From a virus (Duplodnaviria; Caudoviricetes), in the IMG/VR virus record IMGVR_UViG_3300033076_000975, positions 1 through 62,452 of that record: DNA of 62,452 nucleotides; one strand, 5' to 3'. Below, piece by piece: positions 38,126-46,803 of the stretch; within the stretch, counting starts at the first letter, position 1, and every line of letters begins with the position of its first letter. The notes under the pieces were generated by a model that saw nothing but the letters and a program-made list of their open reading frames with translations, made no database searches and was not told where the DNA came from. Both the position numbers and the translations under genes were made by a program.

Positions 38126-38858
38126 AAAACTTCTGACCCTTCCCGCTGGCTACGGGGTTCCCTTCCCAACGCATTACCACTTCAAGTACCGGAATGACCA
38201 CGACCTGAATACGGCACGGTGCGTCTTCGAGCAAGACGAGTACCGTCTCGGTCCTCTCCTGGGAGATGAGGATCGGTACAAGGTTACTACCGTGGTGGAC
38301 ATTGGGGCCGGGATCGGGGACTTCGCGTTAGCCGCCTCCGTTCGCTTCCCGGAGGCCCAGATATTCTCCTTCGAGCCCTGCCTCGGTTCCTTCCAGTACC
38401 TCAAGTTGAATACCAAGTGGTGTCCTCGGGTCTTCCCGGCACGCTACGGGATCACCGGGCGGGATACCTATGGCACCGTTGGGCTTTTGCACCACCGTCC
38501 CGAGGATAAAGGGGGGAACTACCTCCCGGACTTCGTCCCCTTCGGGCACTTCGCCAGCGAGCACATCGAGGAAGTCCCCGTGTCCTCCCTGGAGCAATGG
38601 ATACGCCTTTCCGGGGTTAGCCTGGATCGGGATGGTATTTCCCTCCTGAAGATCGACACCGAGGGTTGTGAGCTACCCATCTTGAAAAGTCTAGAGAAGG
38701 ATGGTACACTTAAGCTCTATCAGGTGATCGTCGGGGAATGGCATCATCAGACTCAGAGGCCCAAGATCGAGGAGTTGCTCAAATCATGTGGCTACCAAGT
38801 GGAAATGGCTGGAGATCCTTCTTCCTGGAATGGTTTCTTCTCGGCCTCGCTGTTGTAG
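38112..38858 (+). CDS. FkbM-family SAM-dependent methyltransferase
   Basis: VVDIGAGIGDF, FSFEP, LLKIDTEGCE, IVGEWH. Confidence 0.88.
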   Translation: MIYLEKLLTLPAGYGVPFPTHYHFKYRNDHDLNTARCVFEQDEYRLGPLLGDEDRYKVTTVVDIGAGIGDFALAASVRFPEAQIFSFEPCLGSFQYLKLNTKWCPRVFPARYGITGRDTYGTVGLLHHRPEDKGGNYLPDFVPFGHFASEHIEEVPVSSLEQWIRLSGVSLDRDGISLLKIDTEGCELPILKSLEKDGTLKLYQVIVGEWHHQTQRPKIEELLKSCGYQVEMAGDPSSWNGFFSASLL

Positions 38859-39277
38859 CGAACGCCCAGGGGCCATCCGCCAGAAAAATTCCAGAGGGGC
38901 ACTACTATGTCCGAGTGGAAAGGTGGCATGACGCCGATACACCCAAGGGATGTACCATTTACTTCCCGCTAGGGCTCAGGATGTACGAGGAAGACGGTAT
39001 CCGGGCCTTGAACTACGATGCCTGGGAAATCTCAAGGGTAAGGAACTCCGCCGCTTTCAAGGATTTTACCGATGAACAATGGAAGGAGGAGATCCGAAAA
39101 GGCAAATTGGCATTACAGGCCCTACTTGACATGAAGGGAGAACTGTATGTACAATTAACACCTGACAGTAAGCGGGACGTATTTGGAAGACCTCTGGGGT
39201 CTTTCTTCCTGCTCACGAAGGACGGTTACCTAGACTTAGGGAAATGGGCTCAGGACAATGGTCATCAACGAAAATGA
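38786..39277 (+). CDS. thermonuclease (SNase)-like protein with signal-like N-terminus
   Basis: VERWHDADT, IRALNYDAWE, RDVFGRPLG, NGH; hydrophobic FLLGLAVVANA/Q leader. Confidence 0.7.
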   Translation: MWLPSGNGWRSFFLEWFLLGLAVVANAQGPSARKIPEGHYYVRVERWHDADTPKGCTIYFPLGLRMYEEDGIRALNYDAWEISRVRNSAAFKDFTDEQWKEEIRKGKLALQALLDMKGELYVQLTPDSKRDVFGRPLGSFFLLTKDGYLDLGKWAQDNGHQRK

Positions 39278-39533
39278 CATGGTATGGCTCCTTCAGGCTC
39301 TCGGGAGGGTCTACGAGAATCATCCCTACCAGGAGATGCTCCAGGAGCTTCAGAAGGCCAAGGACTTGGTTCCCCAGATGTATCCCCTGCTTCAGGCGGT
39401 CCATGAGGTTCTGGAGACGCAACACTCCGTCCTCAACGCCTTGGGGATGCTGACTCAGGTTATCCCCTCCAAGGTTTCTCTGGTGGATGCCGAGGTATCG
39501 ACCACTCCCTCAACCCTTATGGAGATGCCATGA
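39258..39533 (+). CDS. hypothetical protein
   Basis: Overlapping operon ORF. Confidence 0.55.
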   Translation: MVINENDMVWLLQALGRVYENHPYQEMLQELQKAKDLVPQMYPLLQAVHEVLETQHSVLNALGMLTQVIPSKVSLVDAEVSTTPSTLMEMP

Positions 39534-40024
39534 ACACAACGGAACTACTTGCGGAAATCCAACGCCTCGCGGATGAGCGCGACGCACTGAGGCAGGAACT
39601 TGACGCGCTGAAGAAGACGACGGAGAAGAGGCCGATGTTTGAGGTCGGAAAGTCGTACAGAACGAGAGGCGGTGGTGTGGGCACGATCGAAGGAAGAATG
39701 CTAGACGCAGTTTACCCACTGCTGGGGCGGGTCGGATCTCGCAAAACGTCGTGGACTGAGGATGGACTTGAGGAGCGGTACGCCGTGACTCCCAACGACC
39801 TTCTCCCCGGTGAGGTCATCGCCTGGCAGCCACCTGCGAGCCTGCCGGATGGTGTGTATCGCTGGCTCTATAGTGGCGACCTAACAGACCGCACGCACTC
39901 GTGCTTTCATAAGGGTGATCTGTCTCACGGCAATGGCTGGCGACCGTACAAGGACTGGACCGACCCGCCGAAGTTCGGAACGTGGCGTGTCAGGGGCGGC
40001 GTCGGTGTTTGGGAGGGGGAGTGA
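39530..40024 (+). CDS. hypothetical protein
   Basis: Coiled coil followed by FEVGKSYRTRGG...YP...W...G...DL small domain; ATGA coupling. Confidence 0.65.
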   Translation: MNTTELLAEIQRLADERDALRQELDALKKTTEKRPMFEVGKSYRTRGGGVGTIEGRMLDAVYPLLGRVGSRKTSWTEDGLEERYAVTPNDLLPGEVIAWQPPASLPDGVYRWLYSGDLTDRTHSCFHKGDLSHGNGWRPYKDWTDPPKFGTWRVRGGVGVWEGE

Positions 40025-40254
40025 TGGCACGTTCAAAAGCCAAGCAAGAGATACTTAATGTTCGCAACGCAAGCTACGAAGTAGCCGAGCATCGAATCTG
40101 CATGACGTGCAAGCACTGGTGGAACGGTGCGGGATACTCAATCAGGGGAACGTGCCAGCCGTCGCATCTTGGGTATCGCGATAGGTGCGACCATTTCAAA
40201 GAAACGCCAGCCAATGGAACGTGTGACATTTGGGAGGCGAAGGAGCAGTCATGA
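40024..40254 (+). CDS. small Cys-rich protein
   Basis: CMTCKHW...C...CDIWE. Confidence 0.55.
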   Translation: MARSKAKQEILNVRNASYEVAEHRICMTCKHWWNGAGYSIRGTCQPSHLGYRDRCDHFKETPANGTCDIWEAKEQS

Positions 40255-40454
40255 GCGAGTGGTTTGATCCTGAAATTAAAAAGCCAGACACGTCGCGGAC
40301 GGTCATCGTCAAACTTATAAGTCATCCAGACGGTTGCGAGCACGAAGCGTTCTACTGGCGTGCTGAGGTGCGATGGTACTTGGAGAACGGAAGCAAGAAG
40401 CGCAAGCACGCCGTGACTGTTGTGGCGTGGCGTGAGAAAGCAGGTGACGCATGA
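40251..40454 (+). CDS. DUF551-like small protein
   Basis: MSEW...KKP...VIV...VVAW pattern; ATGA coupling. Confidence 0.55.
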   Translation: MSEWFDPEIKKPDTSRTVIVKLISHPDGCEHEAFYWRAEVRWYLENGSKKRKHAVTVVAWREKAGDA

Positions 40455-40780
40455 ACGACGACTTGAAAGCGGCGGTTGAAAAGGTGCGAGCACTTCCGCG
40501 AAGCGTTTTGGCGTGGACCGACAACGACAAATACATCGCGCAGAATTTCGCCGACGCCTACTGCGCCGACATTGCCGAGCGCGAGCGGCATGAGGCGGAG
40601 CGGGCGCTGCCCCAATGGCACGACCGACCCACCGGGCCGGGCTTGTGGTACTTCGAGGCGTCCGACGAATACGTAGGCGGTGCGTACCTGCTCACGGCGG
40701 ACAGCATTCACGAGCCGTGGCATCAGACGCCATGCTTCGGCCCGATCCCGCCGAGGTCAACACAGGAGGACGGGCGATGA
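40451..40780 (+). CDS. hypothetical protein
   Basis: WHDRPTGPGLWY...FGPIP; ATGA coupling. Confidence 0.6.
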   Translation: MNDDLKAAVEKVRALPRSVLAWTDNDKYIAQNFADAYCADIAERERHEAERALPQWHDRPTGPGLWYFEASDEYVGGAYLLTADSIHEPWHQTPCFGPIPPRSTQEDGR

Positions 40781-40983
40781 TCAACCTAGCGAAAGCGATT
40801 GAGGCGGCGAAGCGGCTCCTCAACGGAGGCGACGAGAGATGGGACCGTATCGCTGAAACAGCGTACAGTGAATCACGCGAGCGTGAGGATGACATTGATC
40901 TTGTCGCCAAAACCGTGCTGTGGATCGACAGAGTAACCAGCCAAGCGGACCTCGACAACTTAAAGGAGCGTGACCGTGAATGA
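40777..40983 (+). CDS. hypothetical protein
   Basis: GGAGG RBS, ATGA coupling. Confidence 0.55.
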   Translation: MINLAKAIEAAKRLLNGGDERWDRIAETAYSESREREDDIDLVAKTVLWIDRVTSQADLDNLKERDRE

Positions 40984-41407
40984 CTTGGTAGGGAAGAGAG
41001 TTCGGATCGTTAAGATTGGTCATCCGTTCTATGGCCTGGATGGAACCATTACCCATATCTGTGATACTACACAGACGGTAAAGTTAAGAGTGACCCTGGA
41101 TATATGGTCTGTTCCGGGTTACGGTTCTTCGGATATCTTCATTGCACCTGACCTGATGTTCCTGGAGACGGGGGAGATAGGTTTTTCTGGCGAATGCTCC
41201 AAGGGCGATGCTTCCCCGGCTTTGGCGAAGCCCCCGAAGTGCAAGACCTGTGTCTGGTTCGAGATACGGGAGCAATGGAAAGACATCCGAGGAGGTGATG
41301 TGGAAGTAGGAGCCTGTCACTACAATCCCCCGGATGCGAATAGTTTCACAGGTCATCCCGTGGTGAATGAGAACGGATTCTGTTCCAAGCATCAGGTCAG
41401 GACCTAG
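40970..41407 (+). CDS. hypothetical protein (SH3/KOW-like N-terminus, Cys-rich C-terminus)
   Basis: GKRVRIV..GHPFYGLDGTI; CKTCVWF...CHYNPP...FCSKH. Confidence 0.6.
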   Translation: MTVNDLVGKRVRIVKIGHPFYGLDGTITHICDTTQTVKLRVTLDIWSVPGYGSSDIFIAPDLMFLETGEIGFSGECSKGDASPALAKPPKCKTCVWFEIREQWKDIRGGDVEVGACHYNPPDANSFTGHPVVNENGFCSKHQVRT

Positions 41408-41442
41408 ACATACGCCGATTCCCGTAGGCTTAGCCACTCTAT

Positions 41443-41813
41443 TGTAAATACACCTGCCAGGAAAAAATATCCGGCAGGGGTGTCATCGCCCAGGGACCCA
41501 TTGATGGGACCCATCTGTAAATACACCTCCCGAGGAAAAAATATCCGGGAGGGATGTTAGGGGACCTGTTACTTTGGTGAGGAGACCGGTTATTTTTGTG
41601 GGGAGACCGGTTATTTTGGTGTACCCACCCCCCGCCACTAGGCCGACATCGCGGCCACTAAGGCTATCATCGCTCAAGCTAACGACGTGGCGACTAAGAG
41701 GGAGAGTGTCGGCCACTGGGGTGTTATAGCATGTACACCTATAAGAAAACCGGGATTGTGCGGGGCGATATGTCACACTCGCCATCACTCGCCATCACTC
41801 GCCACAATCCCGG
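41443..41813. repeat. non-coding repeat complex at the convergence of transcription
   Basis: Two ~41-bp hairpin copies (41443, 41516), three ~21-bp tandem units (41560-41621), CACTCGCCAT x3 (41776-41804) inside the inverted repeat CCGGGATTGTG/CACAATCCCGG. Confidence 0.8.
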
Positions 41814-41864
41814 CATTGTGTTTACCTTGGCCACCTATGGCCTTTGCCTATCCTAGTTCGTCTC

Positions 41865-42218
41865 CTAGTGTAACACTCGCATTTTCATTTGCTTTCCGCG
41901 AATCAATGCTACTTGTAGACAATCTAGGGGAATGAGTGTAACGGAACGTGAACGGGGCCTAGTCGATTCAATCCTATCTAGACTTGGAACCCAGTCCGGG
42001 AATTCACCATTACCTTTTGCCAATTCCCAGTAGTACCCCCAAGAGAGATGCAACTTGGGAATGTACCGTTGCGGGAGGGTGTAGCCTAGTTCCCGATGGA
42101 AGAGGATCGCGACGTCGCCCCTAGTCCAGACTGGAATGATCTGATCCGAGGGGTCTTCGCCTAACAGGCGAACTAGTGGCCAAACGTATTGACACGGTTT
42201 GCGAAAGGGACAATCCAC
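41865..42218 (-). CDS. hypothetical protein
   Basis: ORF track only; lies downstream of a terminator. Confidence 0.3.
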   Translation of the reverse strand: MDCPFRKPCQYVWPLVRLLGEDPSDQIIPVWTRGDVAILFHRELGYTLPQRYIPKLHLSWGYYWELAKGNGEFPDWVPSLDRIESTRPRSRSVTLIPLDCLQVALIRGKQMKMRVLH

Positions 42219-42223
42219 AACGC

Positions 42224-42254
42224 AAAGGGGCCTAGGTTATTAGCCTAGGCCCCC
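42224..42254 (-). terminator. hairpin terminator after ParB-like gene
   Basis: GGGGCCTAGG-7nt-CCTAGGCCCC followed by TTT. Confidence 0.55.
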
Positions 42255-42276
42255 CTCACTTCATGCTAGTTGTGGA

Positions 42277-43659
42277 CTAGGCCCCTCGATTATCCTCGCT
42301 GCAATCGTATCCACCTAATCGGGACATACGGCCTTTCTTAGCCTCATCGGTTTTCCCGATTCCGCATTCCTCATCGGAGCGGAAACGGGGGTAACTTTTC
42401 GACGCAATGGGCTTGCCTTTCACGTTCAACGGGGCCTTTGGCCATGCCCCATTCGACCAGGCCGCAAAGGCAATCACAACGGCATCAATTCGGGAATTGA
42501 TGCTCGCGGGGGTATCCCGCCCCAATTCCCGTTCCAATTCGGTGCGATACTCTCCGATTATCCCACCCGTTTCGCCCAAGGTTAGTACATCCTTAATGGC
42601 AATGGGCTTTCCATTGTGGAAGAAACAATCGGAAGCTAGTTCCCGCCCATCCGACCCGATACTACCTTTCTTGCGGAATTCCAGGATTGGCCATTCGCCC
42701 CAACAAACCTGTTGGACGAATTCCCGGAAAGACCGCTGGCGAGTCTCAAAAGATTCTGCGGGGGGGACCAAGATTCCGGCATCATAGGCTAATTCCTTGA
42801 CGTATGCTGATTCAATTTTTTCCTGTCCTTCGTGTAGGTCCGAATATCCGAGAAGGCAATCCAGGGCCGCAAGATAACCTACGCCACACAACTGGGAAGG
42901 CAGTAGAACTCCATCCAAACCCTTGCGGGTGGCTGTCACCCGGCAGGAACGTACCGATTGTTCTAATTCCCATGCCCACCGCACCGAATCGACCAAGCGG
43001 GGAACGTGTTCAACGAATTCGGGCAGACGGGTGGAAAATGGGCTTTCATACCGCCGTCCTTTGCCTTCGCATCGGGCGACCAAGTGCCCAACTGCGGTGG
43101 CGTAATCTCCCGCCAGTTCTCGCGGGATGCCGGACGTAACGGCGTTGTCTCGTGCCGACCTTGCCTTGCCTTGGTCGATTTTAGAGAACACATCCGGGCG
43201 ACAATGGAAAATCAACGTGCAAGGCATGGTAGGCCTCTTGCCTTTCATGCCTTCACGTGCCCATTTTTCCAGGGCTTGACGTGATACTACCGCACGATGC
43301 TGGCAGTCTCCCGATTGAATGCGGCCTTCGCAAAGTACGAAAATGCACGGTTGTCCGGTCAGAACCCAGCGACCATTGACCACATCCGCCAGCATATTGG
43401 CTAGATTTTGGCGGTCGATTGTCCGCTGGTGGGCCTCCTCTTCCCCTGGAGTAGGCCCAGTGGGTCCGAATACACAATCGAGTAACTCTTGGCCTTCGAT
43501 GCTGCAAAGGTCCAAGGCCGTATCCCATTCGGCATTTCCTAGTTCTGCGGACCCTGGAACATAGGCCCATTCCAATGCCTTGAATGCTCCTGCGTTCACC
43601 GGGAACGGGGGGGCCTTTTGCTCGACCTTGCTAGACTTCTTCGTAATGATCGTACCCAT
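42277..43659 (-). CDS. ParB/Srx-like domain protein (divergent)
   Basis: ADVVNGRWVLTGQPCIF...GDCQHR...FSKIDQGKARSARD matches the phage ParB-like pattern GxWxxTGxPIxF...DGQHR...IDxGxxR; has its own promoter and terminator. Confidence 0.65.
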   Translation of the reverse strand: MGTIITKKSSKVEQKAPPFPVNAGAFKALEWAYVPGSAELGNAEWDTALDLCSIEGQELLDCVFGPTGPTPGEEEAHQRTIDRQNLANMLADVVNGRWVLTGQPCIFVLCEGRIQSGDCQHRAVVSRQALEKWAREGMKGKRPTMPCTLIFHCRPDVFSKIDQGKARSARDNAVTSGIPRELAGDYATAVGHLVARCEGKGRRYESPFSTRLPEFVEHVPRLVDSVRWAWELEQSVRSCRVTATRKGLDGVLLPSQLCGVGYLAALDCLLGYSDLHEGQEKIESAYVKELAYDAGILVPPAESFETRQRSFREFVQQVCWGEWPILEFRKKGSIGSDGRELASDCFFHNGKPIAIKDVLTLGETGGIIGEYRTELERELGRDTPASINSRIDAVVIAFAAWSNGAWPKAPLNVKGKPIASKSYPRFRSDEECGIGKTDEAKKGRMSRLGGYDCSEDNRGA

Positions 43660-43866
43660 TGTAAAAACTCCTTACTGGCTGGTTGTCGGTGCCTGCCACC
43701 ATAGCAGGTTTACCCTAGACCTTCCGCCAGTCTCAGTATCTTACCATCCTGTTAATACCTTTGTCAAACGGTATCGACCAAGCGAAGATATGTATTCTGG
43801 TCAGAATGTGACAGTATCCCGAAAAGATTTTCATACCATACCACAATTACCATTCCCGATATACGG

Positions 43867-43991
43867 GATAATACCCATACGATACATGCGGGATAATACC
43901 TATGGGCTACATAGGTGATAATACACATGGCAGATATCACCGATAAACAGCATGTTCTTTCCCGGCGATAGCAGGGGGGAGAATACCCAGG
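43867..43991 (+). repeat. degenerate 25-bp tandem repeat
   Basis: GATA at 43867, 43892, 43917, 43942 and 43967; the first three read GATAATAC. Confidence 0.65.
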
Positions 43992-44038
43992 TACTATAAC
44001 CGCCGCATATATACGCAGCTTGAGCGGTCAAGCTGAAG

Positions 44039-44140
44039 GGAGGCATTACGGAGTCGAACCGTCGGCGGGGTCATTGATTCCCGTATCGCTGGGCCTCTCT
44101 TTAAGACAGTCCCACTATCTACCCACGATAGCTATGCCTC
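44039..44140 (-). ncRNA. tRNA-like structured element
   Basis: GAGGCAT/ATGCCTC acceptor, CTATC/GATAG D-like stem, long imperfect arm with CTTAAAG loop, extra arm, ACGG-TTCGACT-CCGT T-arm. Confidence 0.5.
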
Positions 44141-44186
44141 TTTACCTAAGATGATCGCTCAAGCTGCGAAGCGGGGGGAAATGATT

Positions 44187-44468
44187 TTACGTGATTGCGT
44201 CCCACTTGGCGGCAGCCTCGGGGGTTACCTCAAGTACCGCTGTGACCTTGCGGACCTCGATATCGGCGGGGAGCGAGATTTTGGAGGATCGGTTCGGGCC
44301 GACGCTAGCTAACTCAAACAGGCCCTTCGTGGTCCCCCAGTAGATCGCCATGCGGCAGTTCTTCAAGTGGATTACGTCACCGGACGTGTCATTGGCGTAG
44401 CCATAGAACACTCCTTTGTATTCAGTGGTTACGATTACCGGGCGGATGACCGACGATTTCTTTGACAT
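44187..44468 (-). CDS. DUF6948-like small protein
   Basis: VIVTT..KGVFYG...LKNCRMAIYW...GLFELASVGP; this family is typically next to GYG-repeat genes. Confidence 0.7.
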   Translation of the reverse strand: MSKKSSVIRPVIVTTEYKGVFYGYANDTSGDVIHLKNCRMAIYWGTTKGLFELASVGPNRSSKISLPADIEVRKVTAVLEVTPEAAAKWDAIT

Positions 44469-44579
44469 GACATACACTCCTATGGAAACAAACAAAATTC
44501 AGCAGGGAATATTTCCCAGCTTTCAATCTGGAGTTAGACCACCATACCCATCCCCATTCCCATATCCATTCACATACCC

Positions 44580-44954
44580 CTACCCATACCCATCCCCATT
44601 CCCATATCCATTCCCATACCCATACCCATCCCCATTCCCATATCCATTCCCATACCCATTCACATACCCAATTCCGTACCCATTCCCATACCCATTCCCA
44701 ATTCCGTACCCATCCCCATCCCCATACCCATACCCATTCCCGTTCCCGTACTCATTCCCGTACTCATTCCCGTACTCATTCCCGTACTCATTCCCGTACC
44801 CATCCTTTTCAAAAGCCTTCCTTTGATAGGGGCATTTAAGGTTTGGGGGGCCTTTGATCCGGGGGTCTTTCAGAAGATGTTTCAACACTCCTTCTATACA
44901 AGCTCCCGCTTCCAGAACGTCGATGACGGTAATGGTGTTAGCGTAATTGGACAT
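44580..44954 (-). CDS. Gly-Tyr-Gly-Asn repeat protein
   Basis: ITVIDVLEAGACIEGV head followed by (GYGN/EYGN)n; the repeat continues in frame beyond the TAG to 44523. Confidence 0.7.
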   Translation of the reverse strand: MSNYANTITVIDVLEAGACIEGVLKHLLKDPRIKGPPNLKCPYQRKAFEKDGYGNEYGNEYGNEYGNEYGNGNGYGYGDGDGYGIGNGYGNGYGIGYVNGYGNGYGNGDGYGYGNGYGNGDGYG

Positions 44955-45023
44955 GACTGACTCCTTGATAGAAAAGGGGTGGACAGGCCACCCCCTGGGA
45001 TTTTGGTTTTTTCTGGCGAATGC

Positions 45024-45239
45024 CTACTTCACCGAGACGACGACGCCGTTTTCGACGATGGCCGTCCCGTAGAACCTATGGGGTTCCGGGTAATGGGGGC
45101 CCTCGAAGGTCACGCTCCCTAGGGTGATTTCCTGGGTTCCCCAAGGCGTGTTCTCCATCGCGGTGATCCGTTGGCCCTTGTCGATGGCCTCCTTGTAGGC
45201 TTTCTTGCTCTTGAGATTCGGGTACAGGTATGCGGTCAT
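45024..45239 (-). CDS. hypothetical early protein
   Basis: Cassette leader AAGGAGTCAGCCATG. Confidence 0.7.
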   Translation of the reverse strand: MTAYLYPNLKSKKAYKEAIDKGQRITAMENTPWGTQEITLGSVTFEGPHYPEPHRFYGTAIVENGVVVSVK

Positions 45240-45348
45240 GGCTGACTCCTTGGATGGAGAGGGGCCTTGCTTGAACCGCTCAAGCAAGGCCCTATCTCGA
45301 TGATGGTATTATCCCATATAGGGGAGGGGTTTGTCAACTCGATCCGTA

Positions 45349-45714
45349 TTATCCCAAGGATTTGCGAGTCCAGGTGAAGTAGCCCTTGGTTAAGAGGATG
45401 GCCAAGGCCGTCTTGAACGGTTCATACTTCGCGATCTCGTAGAAGCTGGACATGGGACAAGATTGGTAGTCCCAAGGATTCTCCCCGGATTCGCGGATGA
45501 GGACCGATTGACGATCACTGAGGGGGGAAAGAACGTACAAGTCCATGACGGCGGTAAAGGGACCGCGATTGTCGGGAGGTCCCATGTACGTATACGAAAA
45601 GGTACATACGTACTCGTCGCTGTCGCAGACGTTGTGGTTGTTGTAGGCGGGACCGGGGATGATCCCGTAGTAGAGGCGGTCTTCCTCTTCTTGGGACAGG
45701 GATTCTTCGGACAT
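45349..45714 (-). CDS. hypothetical early protein
   Basis: GGAGTCAGTCATG start. Confidence 0.7.
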   Translation of the reverse strand: MSEESLSQEEEDRLYYGIIPGPAYNNHNVCDSDEYVCTFSYTYMGPPDNRGPFTAVMDLYVLSPLSDRQSVLIRESGENPWDYQSCPMSSFYEIAKYEPFKTALAILLTKGYFTWTRKSLG

Positions 45715-45806
45715 GACTGACTCCGGGTGACTCCTAGGAAGAAAGACCCCGCCGTGGGGAGTCAGGACCACGGCGGGGTTAGCCCACTGGCGGGCAGGGC
45801 CAGCGG

Positions 45807-46346
45807 CTAGTTGTTCTCGGGCAGGCCGTTCTTCGCGATCTTGGAAAGCTCCTTCTCAAGAAAGTCGGTGATGTTCTTGGCGGGTTCATAGAACTCGCCC
45901 CCGTCGGAGGGACAGTTCATGAGGTGGTACAACATCTCATTGAGCTTGTCGCTGATGTACTCCTCGGAAAGGGGGCCATCCGTAGGGTCGTACTTCCGGG
46001 CCAAGTGGATTGCCCGGACGAGGAGGCGGGAGAGGAGAAGCGTCACGGTCATGTTCTCGCACTTCTTGATGGCCAACTCGTAGAGAGCCGCCATCGTCGA
46101 AGCCTCGGCGAGGATGTGGATCTTCTCGTTCTCGTCGTAGGAGGAGAGGTCTTCCGCGAAGTCCCGGATTTCCTCCTGGAGGGCTACCCCCTCGGCCTTG
46201 AGATGGACGGTCAGGGGTTCCCGGACCTTGGACAATGTGAACTCGATCACGGGGCTTAGCAGGGAGTTCGCGATCTCCTTGCAGACCATCAGGTTTCGGT
46301 CGTTGAGACCTTCCTCGTAGGCGTTCGCGTTCAACGGGCATTTCAT
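45807..46346 (-). CDS. hypothetical early protein
   Basis: AGGAGTCAGAATCATG start. Confidence 0.7.
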   Translation of the reverse strand: MKCPLNANAYEEGLNDRNLMVCKEIANSLLSPVIEFTLSKVREPLTVHLKAEGVALQEEIRDFAEDLSSYDENEKIHILAEASTMAALYELAIKKCENMTVTLLLSRLLVRAIHLARKYDPTDGPLSEEYISDKLNEMLYHLMNCPSDGGEFYEPAKNITDFLEKELSKIAKNGLPENN

Positions 46347-46393
46347 GATTCTGACTCCTAAGGAAAGGGAAGGAAAGGGAAGGAAAGGGAAGG

Positions 46394-46702
46394 TTACAGG
46401 ACGTCGGCGTTGGATTCGTACACGGGTTCATAGCCGAAGTTAGACAGGGCTTCGTCGTGGTCGATGGCCCCTCGGAAGGAGCCAGGGAGTTCCAGGAAGG
46501 AGAGGATTTCTCCTTTCGCGTTACAGGGGAAGATGTAGGTCTCGGGGCCTGAGTAAGGGGCGTAAACGCCGCTTACGCAAATGTAGTCCACGGGGCCTTC
46601 GATCTCGTCGTCTCGAACTTCCTCTAAGGGAGGATCGAGGCGGTAAATCTTCTGGATAGCCCCGGAAGGAGAAATTCTCTTGGAAACAAACGTGGCTTTC
46701 AT
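46394..46702 (-). CDS. hypothetical early protein
   Basis: AGGAGTCAGTCATG start; GPETYIFPC...GEI...EL.GS...DH.EAL conserved-looking phage motif. Confidence 0.75.
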   Translation of the reverse strand: MKATFVSKRISPSGAIQKIYRLDPPLEEVRDDEIEGPVDYICVSGVYAPYSGPETYIFPCNAKGEILSFLELPGSFRGAIDHDEALSNFGYEPVYESNADVL

Positions 46703-46803
46703 GACTGACTCCTAAGGAAAGGAAAGGAAAGGAAAGGAAAGGAAAGGAAAGGGAACAATGGTTCCCTCACTGTCGGTATTATCCCATATTGGGATGGGTG
46801 TTG

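Noticed and set aside
41483-41788. ORF with TKITGLP repeats
   Set aside because: It is a translation of the 21-bp DNA repeats, without RBS support; a non-coding role is more plausible.
44039-44140. Canonical tRNA-Leu(TAA), tRNA-Sec or tmRNA
   Set aside because: The anticodon arm is too long and mismatched, there is no UCA anticodon and no tag reading frame; kept only as tRNA-like.
44523-44954. Genome-wide TAG or TGA reassignment
   Set aside because: Many well-defined genes end at TAG or TGA immediately before the next RBS/start, and long genes are not interrupted.
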